Part shown: positions 52,091 to 62,644 of the stretch, in pieces
Numbering within the stretch: the stretch's first letter is position 1
Layout: the number at the start of each line of letters is the position of its first letter
Assembly (NCBI GenBank): GCA_964507125.1
Contig: CAZDOT010000002.1
Location: forward strand, 14,863 to 78,862
DNA from: an uncultured Chitinophagales bacterium
Lineage (GTDB): Bacteria > Bacteroidota > Bacteroidia > Chitinophagales > JADIYW01
Length of the DNA stretch: 64,000 bases
Direction: 5' to 3'
Made by a program: the position numbers and the translations under genes
Notes under the pieces: generated by a model
Told to the model about the DNA's origin: nothing
Seen by the model: only the letters and a program-made list of their open reading frames with translations
Databases searched by the model: none

Positions 52091-53056
52091 TTACAACAAA
52101 GTTTGTATAATGGTTTCGATGGTTTTGTGCTCTGCTTCTGCCTTAAAATTGCGAATAATACGATGACGTAAAATAGGCAACGCCACGGCTTGCACATCTT
52201 CAATATCAGGAGAAAATTTACCGTGAATGGCGGCATGGCCTTTGGCTGCCAACACCAATGCTTGCGAGGCACGCGGACCGGCTCCCCAAGCTACAAACTC
52301 GTTTACAATGCCGGCAGCTTTGGGTGTGTTTGGTCGGGTTGAGGCAACTAAACTAACGGCATATTCCACCACATTATCTGCAATAGGCATGCGGCGAATG
52401 AGGTGCTGAAACGCAATAATATCGGATGCTCCAACGATTTTTTGTATGGATATTGTTTGGTCTACCGTGGTATTTTTTACCACTTTCACTTCTTCATCGT
52501 AGCTAGGATAATCTAATACGATATTGAACATAAAACGGTCTAACTGTGCTTCGGGCAAAGGATAAGTTCCTTCTTGCTCAATTGGATTTTGTGTGGCTAA
52601 CACAAAAAAAGGCAACTCTAATTTATGCACTACGCCGGCAGCGGTTACTTGTCGCTCTTGCATGGCTTCTAATAATGCCGATTGCGTTTTGGGCGGTGTT
52701 CGATTGATTTCATCTGCCAAAATAATATTGGCAAAAAGTGGTCCTTTATTAAATTGGAATTGTCTGTTTTCATTAAGGATTTCAGCACCGATGATATCAG
52801 ATGGCATCAAATCGGGTGTGAACTGGATGCGTTTAAAATGTAAATCTAACACATCGGAAACTGTTTTTACCAATAAGGTTTTTGCCAAACCCGGAACACC
52901 AACCAACAAGCTATGACTGTCGCAGAAAATAGAAAGCAACACATATTTGACCACTTCATCTTGACCGATGATTACTTTACCAATTTCAGATTTTAATTGG
53001 TTATACGTAGTGGCTAATTGTTGGATACCTTCGACATCGTTGGCAAATTGTTTCAT
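52091..53056 (-). CDS. MoxR-family AAA+ ATPase
   Basis: Walker A GVPGLAKT, Walker B ILADEINR; 321 aa. Confidence 0.92.
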   Translation of the reverse strand: MKQFANDVEGIQQLATTYNQLKSEIGKVIIGQDEVVKYVLLSIFCDSHSLLVGVPGLAKTLLVKTVSDVLDLHFKRIQFTPDLMPSDIIGAEILNENRQFQFNKGPLFANIILADEINRTPPKTQSALLEAMQERQVTAAGVVHKLELPFFVLATQNPIEQEGTYPLPEAQLDRFMFNIVLDYPSYDEEVKVVKNTTVDQTISIQKIVGASDIIAFQHLIRRMPIADNVVEYAVSLVASTRPNTPKAAGIVNEFVAWGAGPRASQALVLAAKGHAAIHGKFSPDIEDVQAVALPILRHRIIRNFKAEAEHKTIETIIQTLL

Positions 53057-53129
53057 GCGTTTTGGTTTGGTTAGATGTTATTTGGTAAATAAAAAATGCT
53101 ATACATCAAAGAAGTAAAAAAATGTTTTA

Positions 53130-54479
53130 CTAATTCGTTGACATTAATGTTTTCAATTCATCGCAGTCTTTATATTGGTCACTAATCATTAAATAGGTTT
53201 TCTTTCTGTTGCGTTCATACCATTGTTGCAATACTTGCTCTTCTTTATCGGATTTAGCGGCATTTTGCATTTTGTCGTAATCAACTTTTATATCAGCAAC
53301 ATGTGGTTCTGTTTTGGAAACCATTTTTAAAATTCGGAAAGCCGGTGTGCCATCGTTATCTTGATACATAATTGGATGTGTAACATTTCCGATGGTAAGT
53401 GTGTCAATGATATTATACAATTGTGCATCTATTTTATTGACTTCCATTACGGTGCCACCTGTTTCCATGTTTAACAAAAAACCACCAACATTTTTTGATT
53501 GATCATCTTGAGAATATTTTTTCACGGCATCAAAAAAGGATATTTTATTTTCTACAATATCATTGCGAACAGAATCTAATTTTAATTGTGCATATTCAGC
53601 ATCTTTAGAAGTGGTTTGCGGACGAATAAGAATGTGTTTTACTTGTATCATATCGCCTCTACGTTCCACCATTTGAATAATGTGATAGCCAAAAGGTGTT
53701 TCTACGATGTCGCTTAAATCACCTGCTTTTAATTTAAATGCCGCACCTTCAAACTCTTTTACATAAGTGCCTCTTGGTGCCCAATCTAATAAACCGCCTT
53801 GCTGTGCCGAACCTAAATCATGTGAGTATAAACCGGCTAATAAATCAAAACTTTCACCATTTTTTAATCGTTCCAATAATTCTTTTGCTTTTGCTCTTGC
53901 GGCTTCTTTTTGTTCATCCGACACACGTGGTTTCATCACGATTTGTTGAATTTCTACCGTCGCATCAAAATAAGGCAAGCTGTCTTTCGGGATTCTATCA
54001 AAAAATGTTTTTACTTCAGATGGCGTTACTTTAATATCGCCCACAATTTTATTGCGCATTCTGGAAGCCAACATTTGCTCTCTAATATCATCTCTATAAT
54101 CTTCTTTAATTTGCTCTACGGTTTTGTGGTAATACTCTTCAAATGCTTCTTGTGAACCGGCAACGCTAATGAAATAATTTATTTTTCTGCTCAACTCCTC
54201 TTCTACCTCTTCATCTGCTAAAGGCAAACTATCGCGCAAAGCTTGTGTGGTCAACATTTTATTGTAAACAATTTGTTCCATTAATTGGCAACGACTTTTT
54301 GCTTCATCTGCACCGCGGAGATTCAACAAATCTAATTGGTTTTCGATATCAGATGATAAGATGATTTTATCATTGACAATTGCATCAATTTTATCCAATA
54401 AAACACGTTGAGTGGAATCGGCAGCAAACAAACCTTGTACAAGTGCTACAAAAAAGAAAATTAAACTTAGTTTTTTCAT
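53130..54479 (-). CDS. periplasmic peptidyl-prolyl isomerase, SurA-like (parvulin domain)
   Basis: Signal peptide MKKLSLIFFFVALVQGLFA from ATG 54479. SurA N-terminal-like region and parvulin core (GGLLDW...FGYHIIQ). Confidence 0.8.
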   Translation of the reverse strand: MKKLSLIFFFVALVQGLFAADSTQRVLLDKIDAIVNDKIILSSDIENQLDLLNLRGADEAKSRCQLMEQIVYNKMLTTQALRDSLPLADEEVEEELSRKINYFISVAGSQEAFEEYYHKTVEQIKEDYRDDIREQMLASRMRNKIVGDIKVTPSEVKTFFDRIPKDSLPYFDATVEIQQIVMKPRVSDEQKEAARAKAKELLERLKNGESFDLLAGLYSHDLGSAQQGGLLDWAPRGTYVKEFEGAAFKLKAGDLSDIVETPFGYHIIQMVERRGDMIQVKHILIRPQTTSKDAEYAQLKLDSVRNDIVENKISFFDAVKKYSQDDQSKNVGGFLLNMETGGTVMEVNKIDAQLYNIIDTLTIGNVTHPIMYQDNDGTPAFRILKMVSKTEPHVADIKVDYDKMQNAAKSDKEEQVLQQWYERNRKKTYLMISDQYKDCDELKTLMSTN

Positions 54480-54564
54480 TATATGAATTGAGTTGCAAAT
54501 GTACAAAAATGTACTTTAGTAAGGTATAAAAAAGAACGTATTTTGGTTCGAAGAGTAAGATGCA

Positions 54565-56502
54565 TTAAGGTTTTTTAACCAAACTCTCTAAAACTGCGGT
54601 ATTTATTTGTACCGGATATTTTTGTTTCAGTGTATCCAGCCATTTATTTTCCAAAAATTCTTGATATGCTGCCACGACATATCCTTTGCTTTCACTATAC
54701 GTTGTGGAGCGTGCCGGCTGCGGTTGTAACACTTGTGTGATAATATATTTTTTGTCTATTAGTTTGGACTGACTAATACTTTCTGTTTTTACATTTAAGG
54801 TAGTTTTGGTTTCATCCAACACTTGTGAATGCATTTTCACCTCTTTCAATCCAGCATTTTTAAAGATGGATAAAAGTGTATCATCGTCTTTATTTTTATG
54901 TTGCTTTAGAAGTGCCGCAACTTTTTGTGCTTGTGTTGCAGTAGCAACTGTAAACGTACGAATTGTTGCTCTATTTTTTAAAGCAAACAAGTCGGTATGT
55001 TCCTCATAATATTTTTTCAATCCAAGCGTATCTTCTGATGCTTTATTCCATACATAATTTTCAGACAAAGTGAAGATCATAATTCCATTTTTATACTCAT
55101 TCATCAATGTTTTATATTCTGCATTATTTGTCTTGATATCATCTTTGTAGTAATCAAAATAAATTTGTTGAAGTGCATTTTTTATCAATGCATCGAATTT
55201 GTCTTCGCCTTGTTTCGTTACTGTTGTATAATAATTTTGTTGGATGATTTTTCCTAAATCATTTTCTGAAAAAATACGATTCCCAATTTTTAAAATAGTT
55301 TTCGCTGTTGCTGTATCGCGATAAACAAATGGTGTTTTCTGGCTAAGTTCTATTAATCTCTGTCTTAAGCTTTGTTGTGCTTCCGAAAAATGTTGTACAT
55401 TGAATTTTGCATCCAAACGTTTCAAAAAATTTTGTGTTTCATACGCATAAACCGGCAAGCCTGTAAGCTTGGATTTTAATACAGATGAAGATTCATTAAA
55501 GCTCATTTCTTTGGCTGTTTCTAATCGCTTAATAATATACCAAGCTGTATTTGTTTTAAATGGTTTTGAAAATTCACCATCTTTCAATGCATAAGCGGTC
55601 TCTTCAAAAACTGCTGCATATTTATTAATTCCAAACCAACCTAAAACACCTTTATTTAAAACGGATGTTTCATCTTGGCTGTATTGTTCCACTACTTTTT
55701 CAAAAGGCAATCCTGTTTTTAATTTCGCATACGCCGATTGCATAGAATCTTCTATCATTTTTGCTGCATTGGCATCGTTTTCATCAACAGGTAAGTATTG
55801 TTTTATAATAGCTACTTTTAATTGAGGTCGAGCTTTTCTAGTTTCATCTAAACGAAGAATATGATAACCTAATCGTGTGCGGATAGGCTCAGAAACCTGA
55901 CCAACTTTTAGCGTATATGCAGCTTCTTCAATTTCGGGCAATGCAATTTGATAACTATTAAACCAACCTAAATTGCCTGCATGTTTGGCCGTTTTAGTAT
56001 CATCGGAAAGCTTGGCTGCTTCCGCAAACGAAAGTCCGTTTTTAATTTGCTTTGCCAATGCAATACTTTTATTTTTTATGGAATCAGCTTGTTCTATATC
56101 GGAAACTTTGAAAAAAACATGGCTCAAATGCACATCCGTTTTGGAACGCTCGTACTCTTGTTGTATGAGCTTTTGCATGATTTCTTTATCTACATAAGAA
56201 TCCAACAATTGTTGTTCGTATTTAGATAATTCACTTTTAAATCTATTAGTCGTATCAATGCCGAGTGCTGTTGCTTCTTTTACTTTAAGTCGGAAATTGA
56301 CATACAACTTCAAATAATCTTCCAACGATTTTTTGGAAAAATCTGCTTTGTTATTGAAATTATTTTTTTTATAGATGTATTCGAACTCAGATTTCTTTAC
56401 TTTTGTATCGCCAATTTGGAACAAAACATCATTTTGTGCTTTTACCATCATGGAAATACATAAAAAAGAGATAAAGAACGAGCAGTGTAGAAGTTTTCTC
56501 AT
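54565..56502 (-). CDS. PpiD-like periplasmic chaperone/PPIase
   Basis: Signal/anchor MRKLLHCSFFISFLCISMMVKAQ from ATG 56502. Parvulin core (GNLGWF...LGYHILRL); long helical flanks. Confidence 0.75.
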   Translation of the reverse strand: MRKLLHCSFFISFLCISMMVKAQNDVLFQIGDTKVKKSEFEYIYKKNNFNNKADFSKKSLEDYLKLYVNFRLKVKEATALGIDTTNRFKSELSKYEQQLLDSYVDKEIMQKLIQQEYERSKTDVHLSHVFFKVSDIEQADSIKNKSIALAKQIKNGLSFAEAAKLSDDTKTAKHAGNLGWFNSYQIALPEIEEAAYTLKVGQVSEPIRTRLGYHILRLDETRKARPQLKVAIIKQYLPVDENDANAAKMIEDSMQSAYAKLKTGLPFEKVVEQYSQDETSVLNKGVLGWFGINKYAAVFEETAYALKDGEFSKPFKTNTAWYIIKRLETAKEMSFNESSSVLKSKLTGLPVYAYETQNFLKRLDAKFNVQHFSEAQQSLRQRLIELSQKTPFVYRDTATAKTILKIGNRIFSENDLGKIIQQNYYTTVTKQGEDKFDALIKNALQQIYFDYYKDDIKTNNAEYKTLMNEYKNGIMIFTLSENYVWNKASEDTLGLKKYYEEHTDLFALKNRATIRTFTVATATQAQKVAALLKQHKNKDDDTLLSIFKNAGLKEVKMHSQVLDETKTTLNVKTESISQSKLIDKKYIITQVLQPQPARSTTYSESKGYVVAAYQEFLENKWLDTLKQKYPVQINTAVLESLVKKP

Positions 56503-56602
56503 ACAAAAGGTTTTAAACAAAAATATAGAAATTAATTCTACTTTACCAAATTGAACTTTCAAACTACATTTATTTGCTAAATTTTAACAAGATTTAAGGA
56601 CG

Positions 56603-58021
56603 ATGCGAAGAAAGAAAAAAACAGACTATGCATTATTAGAAAATATTGCAGTTACAGATATTGCTGCGGAAGGAAAAGGCTTAGCAAGAGTAGATAATTT
56701 GGTGGTTTTTATAGAGAAAGCTATACCGGGTGATGTGGTTAATGCCAAAATAGTCAAAAAGAAAAAAGATTATGCTATGGCAGAAATCAACCAATTAGTG
56801 CAAGCATCTTCGCATCGTGTGGATTCCTTTTGTTCGCATTTTGGCACTTGTGGTGGTTGTAAATGGCAACACGTTGACTACACATATCAAACTGCCATGA
56901 AACAAAAGTTAGTGGAAGATGCATTTCGAAGAATTGGAAAAACAGCACTCGAAAATAATTTGCCAATTTTGGGATGCGATGAAACAATCTTTTACAGAAA
57001 TAAATTGGAATTTACGTTTTCAAATCGTGTGTGGTTGACGAAAGAACAAATTGAAAGTGGTGAAACCTTTAACCGAAATGCCTTAGGATTTCATACAGCC
57101 GGAAACTTTGCTTCCATTTTGCAAATTGATACATGCTATCTACAAGATGAAAAAGTAAATCAGATTAGAAATGCCATTTATGAATTTGCTATACAACACC
57201 ATTATACTTTCTATAATTTAAAATTCCACGAAGGTTTATTGCGCAATCTCATCTTCCGAAATACGACAATAAATGAATGGATGGTGACGGTTTGTTTTGC
57301 TGAAAATGATATCGAAAAAATAGAACAATTAATGTCATTTATCTTTCAACAATTTCCATTTATTACCTCGCTGAATTATATCATCAACACGAAAAAAAAC
57401 GACACTATTTACGACCAAGATGTTATCACATATCACGGAAGAAATTACATCATCGAACAACTCGGAGACATCCAATATAAAATCAGTACAAAATCATTTT
57501 TTCAAACCAATAGCAAACAAGCAAAACGCTTATACGATATTGTAAAAGATTTCGGAAATTTTAGTAAAAACGACACCGTGTATGATTTGTATTGTGGCAC
57601 CGGAAGTATTGCATTGTACATTGCACAAAATTGCAAGAAAGTTGTTGGTATAGAGCAAATTCCGGATGCTATTGTGGATGCACAATACAACGCTACATTA
57701 AACAAAATTGAAAATACTATTTTTCATGTAGGCACTTGTGAAGATATTTTAAAAAACGAATTTATTGAAACACACGGAATGCCGGACATTGTTGTGCTTG
57801 ACCCGCCAAGAGCCGGTTTGCACGAAAACGTGATTCAAGTATTATTGCAAGCTGCACCCAAAAAATTAGTGTACGTTAGTTGCAATCCATCTACGCAGGC
57901 TCGTGATGTTTTGTTGTTTTCCGAAAAATATAAAATCGTGAAAAGCCAAGCCGTAGATATGTTTCCTCATACATTTCACATTGAAAATGTGGTGTTGTTG
58001 GAATTAAAAGAATCACTGTAA
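56603..58021 (+). CDS. rlmD: 23S rRNA (uracil-C5)-methyltransferase RlmD/RumA
   Basis: TRAM domain, Fe-S Cys cluster CSHFGTCGGCKWQH, SAM motif DLYCGTGSI, VLDPPRAG, catalytic YVSCNP. Confidence 0.9.
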   Translation: MRRKKKTDYALLENIAVTDIAAEGKGLARVDNLVVFIEKAIPGDVVNAKIVKKKKDYAMAEINQLVQASSHRVDSFCSHFGTCGGCKWQHVDYTYQTAMKQKLVEDAFRRIGKTALENNLPILGCDETIFYRNKLEFTFSNRVWLTKEQIESGETFNRNALGFHTAGNFASILQIDTCYLQDEKVNQIRNAIYEFAIQHHYTFYNLKFHEGLLRNLIFRNTTINEWMVTVCFAENDIEKIEQLMSFIFQQFPFITSLNYIINTKKNDTIYDQDVITYHGRNYIIEQLGDIQYKISTKSFFQTNSKQAKRLYDIVKDFGNFSKNDTVYDLYCGTGSIALYIAQNCKKVVGIEQIPDAIVDAQYNATLNKIENTIFHVGTCEDILKNEFIETHGMPDIVVLDPPRAGLHENVIQVLLQAAPKKLVYVSCNPSTQARDVLLFSEKYKIVKSQAVDMFPHTFHIENVVLLELKESL

Positions 58022-60295
58022 TAGTGCTTTCAACTTCGCTAACATTTCCTGATTATTTTGTTGCAAAAATGCATTGCGTATATCGCGTTTTTCATCGTTG
58101 GTTAAGTGCCAGCTCATCGATGCTTTTTTTCTTTTATTTGTTTGGTCGTAATTAAAATTCAACACATTGATGTCGGTTTTACTTTCATTTTCTAAATAAG
58201 AAAAACTGATGTCTGCATTATAATCTTGCAAGAGTAAGAAGTTATTAAAAATACTTCCAATTGGCGATAACAACTCACTGATATAAGTTGTTTTTTTGTT
58301 TTCATCAAATTGATGTAATTTATTATCTACTCTTAAAGAAATAAAAATCACACCACTTGTGTGCTCGTCAATCCAATCTTTAAAAACGCTGTAAAAGCGT
58401 GTAGATACGGCCAATCCGGTGTTTTCTCGAATGCCGGCATCCATGGCTTTTGTTTCCGGAATGGTTGGCAAATATACAATCGGCATAATGTACGGATACG
58501 TGGCATTGGTTCGGAGTGCATCAATAAAATTAATATTTGCAGCACCTTTATCTTTAAAATAACGCATGTACTCAACAGCATCGGTTGACATATTATCAAT
58601 AAAACCGCGTTCGTTTTCCATATACGGTTTGATTAAATAAGAAATAGGTTGCGGTGAAAAAAACAAAAAACGTTGATCGTTTATAATGGTCGCACCAATT
58701 ACCATCATGGGTATATCGGCATTTTGTTCCGGAATGCTATATGCTGTCAACAGCTTATCCATCCTATAATTGGTATTTTCATTCAATTTCAAATCAAACA
58801 TATAGGCTCTATCTTTTTTATAAGTATTGCCTTTGTAATGATAATTTCTCCAAGGATAAAAGATATCGTTGGTTGCAATGGAAGTAGCCATTCCGTTTAA
58901 AATATCCAAACCTATATCATTTAAAAATGCAGTATCTAAATACGATATTTTTTCGTGTTGTTTTTGTCGCCAATATAATTCTCTAAAATACGCAGCACCA
59001 ATCATTCCGCCCGATGCGCCTGTCATTAACATGGTATGGTCAAATAATTTTTTGTTGGTTTCTTGTTCCAATTTTTGCAATAAATAAAACGTCCAATAAG
59101 ATGCTTTTAAGCCACCACCGGCTGTATTTATAAAAATCAATTTTGGTTTTGTTTCGCCATATTGTTGCACCATTTTTGCATGCCATTTATCCAATATTTT
59201 TTGTGTGTGTTGAATATCATGCACAATCATATTTTTAGTAACAGCATCGTTGACTGCTTCATTGTTATATTTTAATTTTTGGGTTTGATAATTTAATCCG
59301 TACAATTTATGTTTATATACCACTAAACCATATTGTGTCAAAATATTCATTACAAATAAAATGGCAATAATCACGACAGTTCGCCACGTACGAAACCAGT
59401 ACGACATAAATGAAAACAAGACTACCAATACAGAAAATATAAGAAAAATGGCTGAGCCGGCAGGTAATCTAAAAAATGGATGTTCTATTAATTGACCAAA
59501 TGAAATTAGACCGACAATAGCAATGAATTGAAAAATAATAGCATTTCGATGATGATGAAACAAGACATCATCCACTAATTTTTGATCGTAATGATCTGTA
59601 TTGCGAATGGCATTTAACTTAAATGGAAAAGTAATGGTGGTGTCTACTCGCCATTGTCTATTTGCAGGCACGGAACTACTAGTATTTACAGGTATTTCCG
59701 TTGATTTATGTAGATTAATTTTCTTTGCTATTAAGGTATTTTTCGCTCTATCTTTAATGCGTTTAAAAAACAATTCTATATCTTGATCGAAGAGCATAAA
59801 AAACACGCTGGATGCAATTATCATCAACATATTTCCGACCAACAAAGCAAGAATATGTACCGTAATTTTTCCGGCAGAAAACAATCCTTCGACATATTGA
59901 AATTTTACTATTTGTATGATATATACAATCGTGAATGCAATAGGTATTATGCTATTATTATAACAAAAATGAGCAAAGGAATTATTAAACGAAGCTAAGA
60001 ACTGAAAGCGATATCCGTTTAGAATATAAAACGACATATTCCATGCCATGATGAAACCACCCATGGTGAAACCCACAATAAGGAAACTTAAAAAATTGAC
60101 ATGACCAACATATTCCGGATCTAAAAACAACAACGGGACACCATAACTATTGCCAAATAATTGCAGAACGGATGCGAACAAAAAAAACCAAAACAATAAA
60201 ACAAACAAATGTTTATTGATATGTAATATCAACAGTTGTATAGGAAAACTATAATAGATATTCGTGAAATATTTTTGCAAGGTTGCTTTCACCAA
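58013..60295 (-). CDS. patatin-like phospholipase fused to an N-terminal polytopic membrane domain
   Basis: About 330 aa with multiple TM helices, then GGGLKASYW (oxyanion), GASGG (GxSxG) and DAGIRENTG (catalytic Asp). Start is TTG/GTG, with no ATG in the first ~78 codons. TGA stop. Confidence 0.8.
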   Translation of the reverse strand: MVKATLQKYFTNIYYSFPIQLLILHINKHLFVLLFWFFLFASVLQLFGNSYGVPLLFLDPEYVGHVNFLSFLIVGFTMGGFIMAWNMSFYILNGYRFQFLASFNNSFAHFCYNNSIIPIAFTIVYIIQIVKFQYVEGLFSAGKITVHILALLVGNMLMIIASSVFFMLFDQDIELFFKRIKDRAKNTLIAKKINLHKSTEIPVNTSSSVPANRQWRVDTTITFPFKLNAIRNTDHYDQKLVDDVLFHHHRNAIIFQFIAIVGLISFGQLIEHPFFRLPAGSAIFLIFSVLVVLFSFMSYWFRTWRTVVIIAILFVMNILTQYGLVVYKHKLYGLNYQTQKLKYNNEAVNDAVTKNMIVHDIQHTQKILDKWHAKMVQQYGETKPKLIFINTAGGGLKASYWTFYLLQKLEQETNKKLFDHTMLMTGASGGMIGAAYFRELYWRQKQHEKISYLDTAFLNDIGLDILNGMATSIATNDIFYPWRNYHYKGNTYKKDRAYMFDLKLNENTNYRMDKLLTAYSIPEQNADIPMMVIGATIINDQRFLFFSPQPISYLIKPYMENERGFIDNMSTDAVEYMRYFKDKGAANINFIDALRTNATYPYIMPIVYLPTIPETKAMDAGIRENTGLAVSTRFYSVFKDWIDEHTSGVIFISLRVDNKLHQFDENKKTTYISELLSPIGSIFNNFLLLQDYNADISFSYLENESKTDINVLNFNYDQTNKRKKASMSWHLTNDEKRDIRNAFLQQNNQEMLAKLKALLQ

Positions 60296-60344
60296 TACAA
60301 GTTAGCCAAAAAAAATAAAAAAGTGAAGTCAGCTTTTATTTCAT

Positions 60345-61814
60345 TTATTGTATTTCGTATGCTCCGGCATCCGGCGGATTATTGCGAGCGAAGCCATCAA
60401 TATCTACTGCCGGATATGGTGGAATCCCAATATTACTTGCCGGAGAATTGGGCTTCAATTTATAATTGCTTTTAAAAACATCTACAAAAAGTGGATCTGT
60501 AAATGCACAAGAAGAAAAAATGGAAGATGTCGGTGCATCCGTTTTCACTACAGAATGCAGAAAACCTAAAGTCGGCACATGCGGATTGTTGGCAATACCT
60601 TGTGCTACAATTTCATTTTCCAACGTGCCGTACAAGATACAATTTTGGAAAACGGCTCTCGTGGTATCCGGCAAGATGGTTGGTGTTACTGCATCAAAGA
60701 AATTATTGACATAAAAAACAGGCTCCTTAGAATGAGAAATATAAGCAGAACCTCTGTTATAAAATGTACAATTTAAAAACTCATAATCACCACCGCAATA
60801 CAAGCCAACAACGTTTTTACCGCAATCATACACCAACGTATTGCTGGCATAAATTCGACCAAAGAAGCCAAACAATCCATAAAAAGCATGATTGTAAATC
60901 TTGGAATTTTCGATAGTAACAATTGGTGCATTGCTCAAATTCATACTTTGCAACAACAATAAATTTTGTGCTGCATCATCTGTTGATTTTATATTGCCCA
61001 CATTGATACCATACAATGAATTGCGCATTTTTAAATACTCAATAGTGCCACTGCTACCTCGTAAGAAAAACAATCCGGCATACTGTCCCGGAAAATCATC
61101 GTATAACCTATCGGCAACATCTTTGTCTAAACGAACACCTCTAAACGTTACCATGTTAGACGTATCGGTTCCGTGTATATTCAAATCACCTTCCACTATC
61201 ATTGCAGCACCACCACCAAAATACACATCGCATCCGGCATTAATTGTCAACGAAGCACCAGGTTTTATTTGCAGATAATTTAAAATTACATAAGGCAAAT
61301 CATCATTCCAAACGGCATTATTTTCAATGGAATCCGCATTAAAAAAATGAGCATTTTGTCCGTATGCTTGCAGTTGCACTTGTTGGTGATGTCCGTTCGT
61401 TAAAAAGAAAATTGAATCTTCTACAATAAAAGGCAAGTTGGCTGCATTTGGGTTGATGGTAACTTCTACAAACACATAAATGCTGTCTTTAGCCGGAATT
61501 TTAATTTCATTAAACACAGTACCACTCACACCATCTACATTCATTCTATACGATGAAGTAGCACCACCAGCCAATGCAATATTGGAAACCACAATGGCTT
61601 CTTTTTTATTATTTCGGATAACGAATGATTTTGTGGTTGAACCTAAGGTGGAAAACAACGTATCAAACGTTAACGTATCCATTGAGAACGAAAGTGCAGC
61701 GGATGTATTGATTTTATCTTTTTTACAAGATGAAAAAAAACACATACTCATTAACACTAAACACATCCCAAAAGATGCAACTTTTCCAACTGTATTTTGA
61801 ACATATTGACTCAC
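60345..61814 (-). CDS. lipoprotein with right-handed parallel beta-helix repeats
   Basis: Lipobox FFSSC, repetitive beta-helix-like turns, C-terminus DIDGFARNNPPDAGAYEIQ. GTG start in the track. Confidence 0.65.
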   Translation of the reverse strand: MSQYVQNTVGKVASFGMCLVLMSMCFFSSCKKDKINTSAALSFSMDTLTFDTLFSTLGSTTKSFVIRNNKKEAIVVSNIALAGGATSSYRMNVDGVSGTVFNEIKIPAKDSIYVFVEVTINPNAANLPFIVEDSIFFLTNGHHQQVQLQAYGQNAHFFNADSIENNAVWNDDLPYVILNYLQIKPGASLTINAGCDVYFGGGAAMIVEGDLNIHGTDTSNMVTFRGVRLDKDVADRLYDDFPGQYAGLFFLRGSSGTIEYLKMRNSLYGINVGNIKSTDDAAQNLLLLQSMNLSNAPIVTIENSKIYNHAFYGLFGFFGRIYASNTLVYDCGKNVVGLYCGGDYEFLNCTFYNRGSAYISHSKEPVFYVNNFFDAVTPTILPDTTRAVFQNCILYGTLENEIVAQGIANNPHVPTLGFLHSVVKTDAPTSSIFSSCAFTDPLFVDVFKSNYKLKPNSPASNIGIPPYPAVDIDGFARNNPPDAGAYEIQ

Positions 61815-61848
61815 AGAAACAAAGTTAATTATTTATACCAATTATTTG

Positions 61849-62553
61849 CTAGTGCATTGCAATTGCAATGGTGGCAACACTTACTTTGCATGGTGTTGCA
61901 TTTAAAATAGTATTAGCACAAGCTTCTAAAGTAGCTCCTGTTGTTAACACATCATCTACTAATAAAATGTGTTTATCTTTTAATGCAGTAGGATTTTTTA
62001 GCTTAAAAGCAGCTGCCACATTTTCCCATCTTTCTATTTTAGATTTTTGGGTTTGAGAGGCTGTTTCGGCTATGCGAACCAAGTTAGTTGTATGTACCGG
62101 AATATTCCAAACTTCTTGTATTCCTTCGGCAAAAAGGGCACTTTGATTATAACCACGAACATGTAATTTTTGTGGATGTAATGGAACCGGAATAATAACG
62201 GAAACATCTTTCAAATACGGATTGTTTTGCAATCGTTGTGCAAAAATATTGCCTAAAAACACTGCTAATTCTTTCCGATCGTTGTATTTTATTTGATGTA
62301 AAATATGTTGCACTTTAGTGCCTTTGCTATAAAACAATAAAGATGTAGCAAACTCCAACATCACTCTGCCATAAAAGATACGTTCTACCGGATTATCTTT
62401 TATGTTTTCGAACGTGGTAAAGGGTAATTCCATACGGCAATGCAGGCATAAATGTTGCTCACCTTTTACCAATGCTGTTTCGCATCCACCACAAATTCTC
62501 GGATAAAATAAACGAACAAAATCAGAAGGATATTCAAGAAGGTTGGAAAGCAT
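61849..62553 (-). CDS. comF: ComF-family phosphoribosyltransferase
   Basis: N-terminal Cys4 (CGGCE...CLHC) and PRTase motif ILLVDDVLTTGATL. Start taken at ATG 62553. Confidence 0.8.
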   Translation of the reverse strand: MLSNLLEYPSDFVRLFYPRICGGCETALVKGEQHLCLHCRMELPFTTFENIKDNPVERIFYGRVMLEFATSLLFYSKGTKVQHILHQIKYNDRKELAVFLGNIFAQRLQNNPYLKDVSVIIPVPLHPQKLHVRGYNQSALFAEGIQEVWNIPVHTTNLVRIAETASQTQKSKIERWENVAAAFKLKNPTALKDKHILLVDDVLTTGATLEACANTILNATPCKVSVATIAIAMH

Positions 62554-62644
62554 AATTTTGTTTGTTCCAATAAATATAAACAAAAAAATTATCGTTTTAT
62601 AGATATAATGTATTTAAATAAGAAGAAAATAAAATCCTAATTTA

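Noticed and set aside
58013-60295. Patatin phospholipase considered as an anti-phage effector (CBASS or similar).
   Set aside because: There is no cyclase, sensor, SMODS/SAVED or other defence-type neighbour. The protein is a large polytopic membrane fusion in a housekeeping neighbourhood (rlmD, comF, radA).
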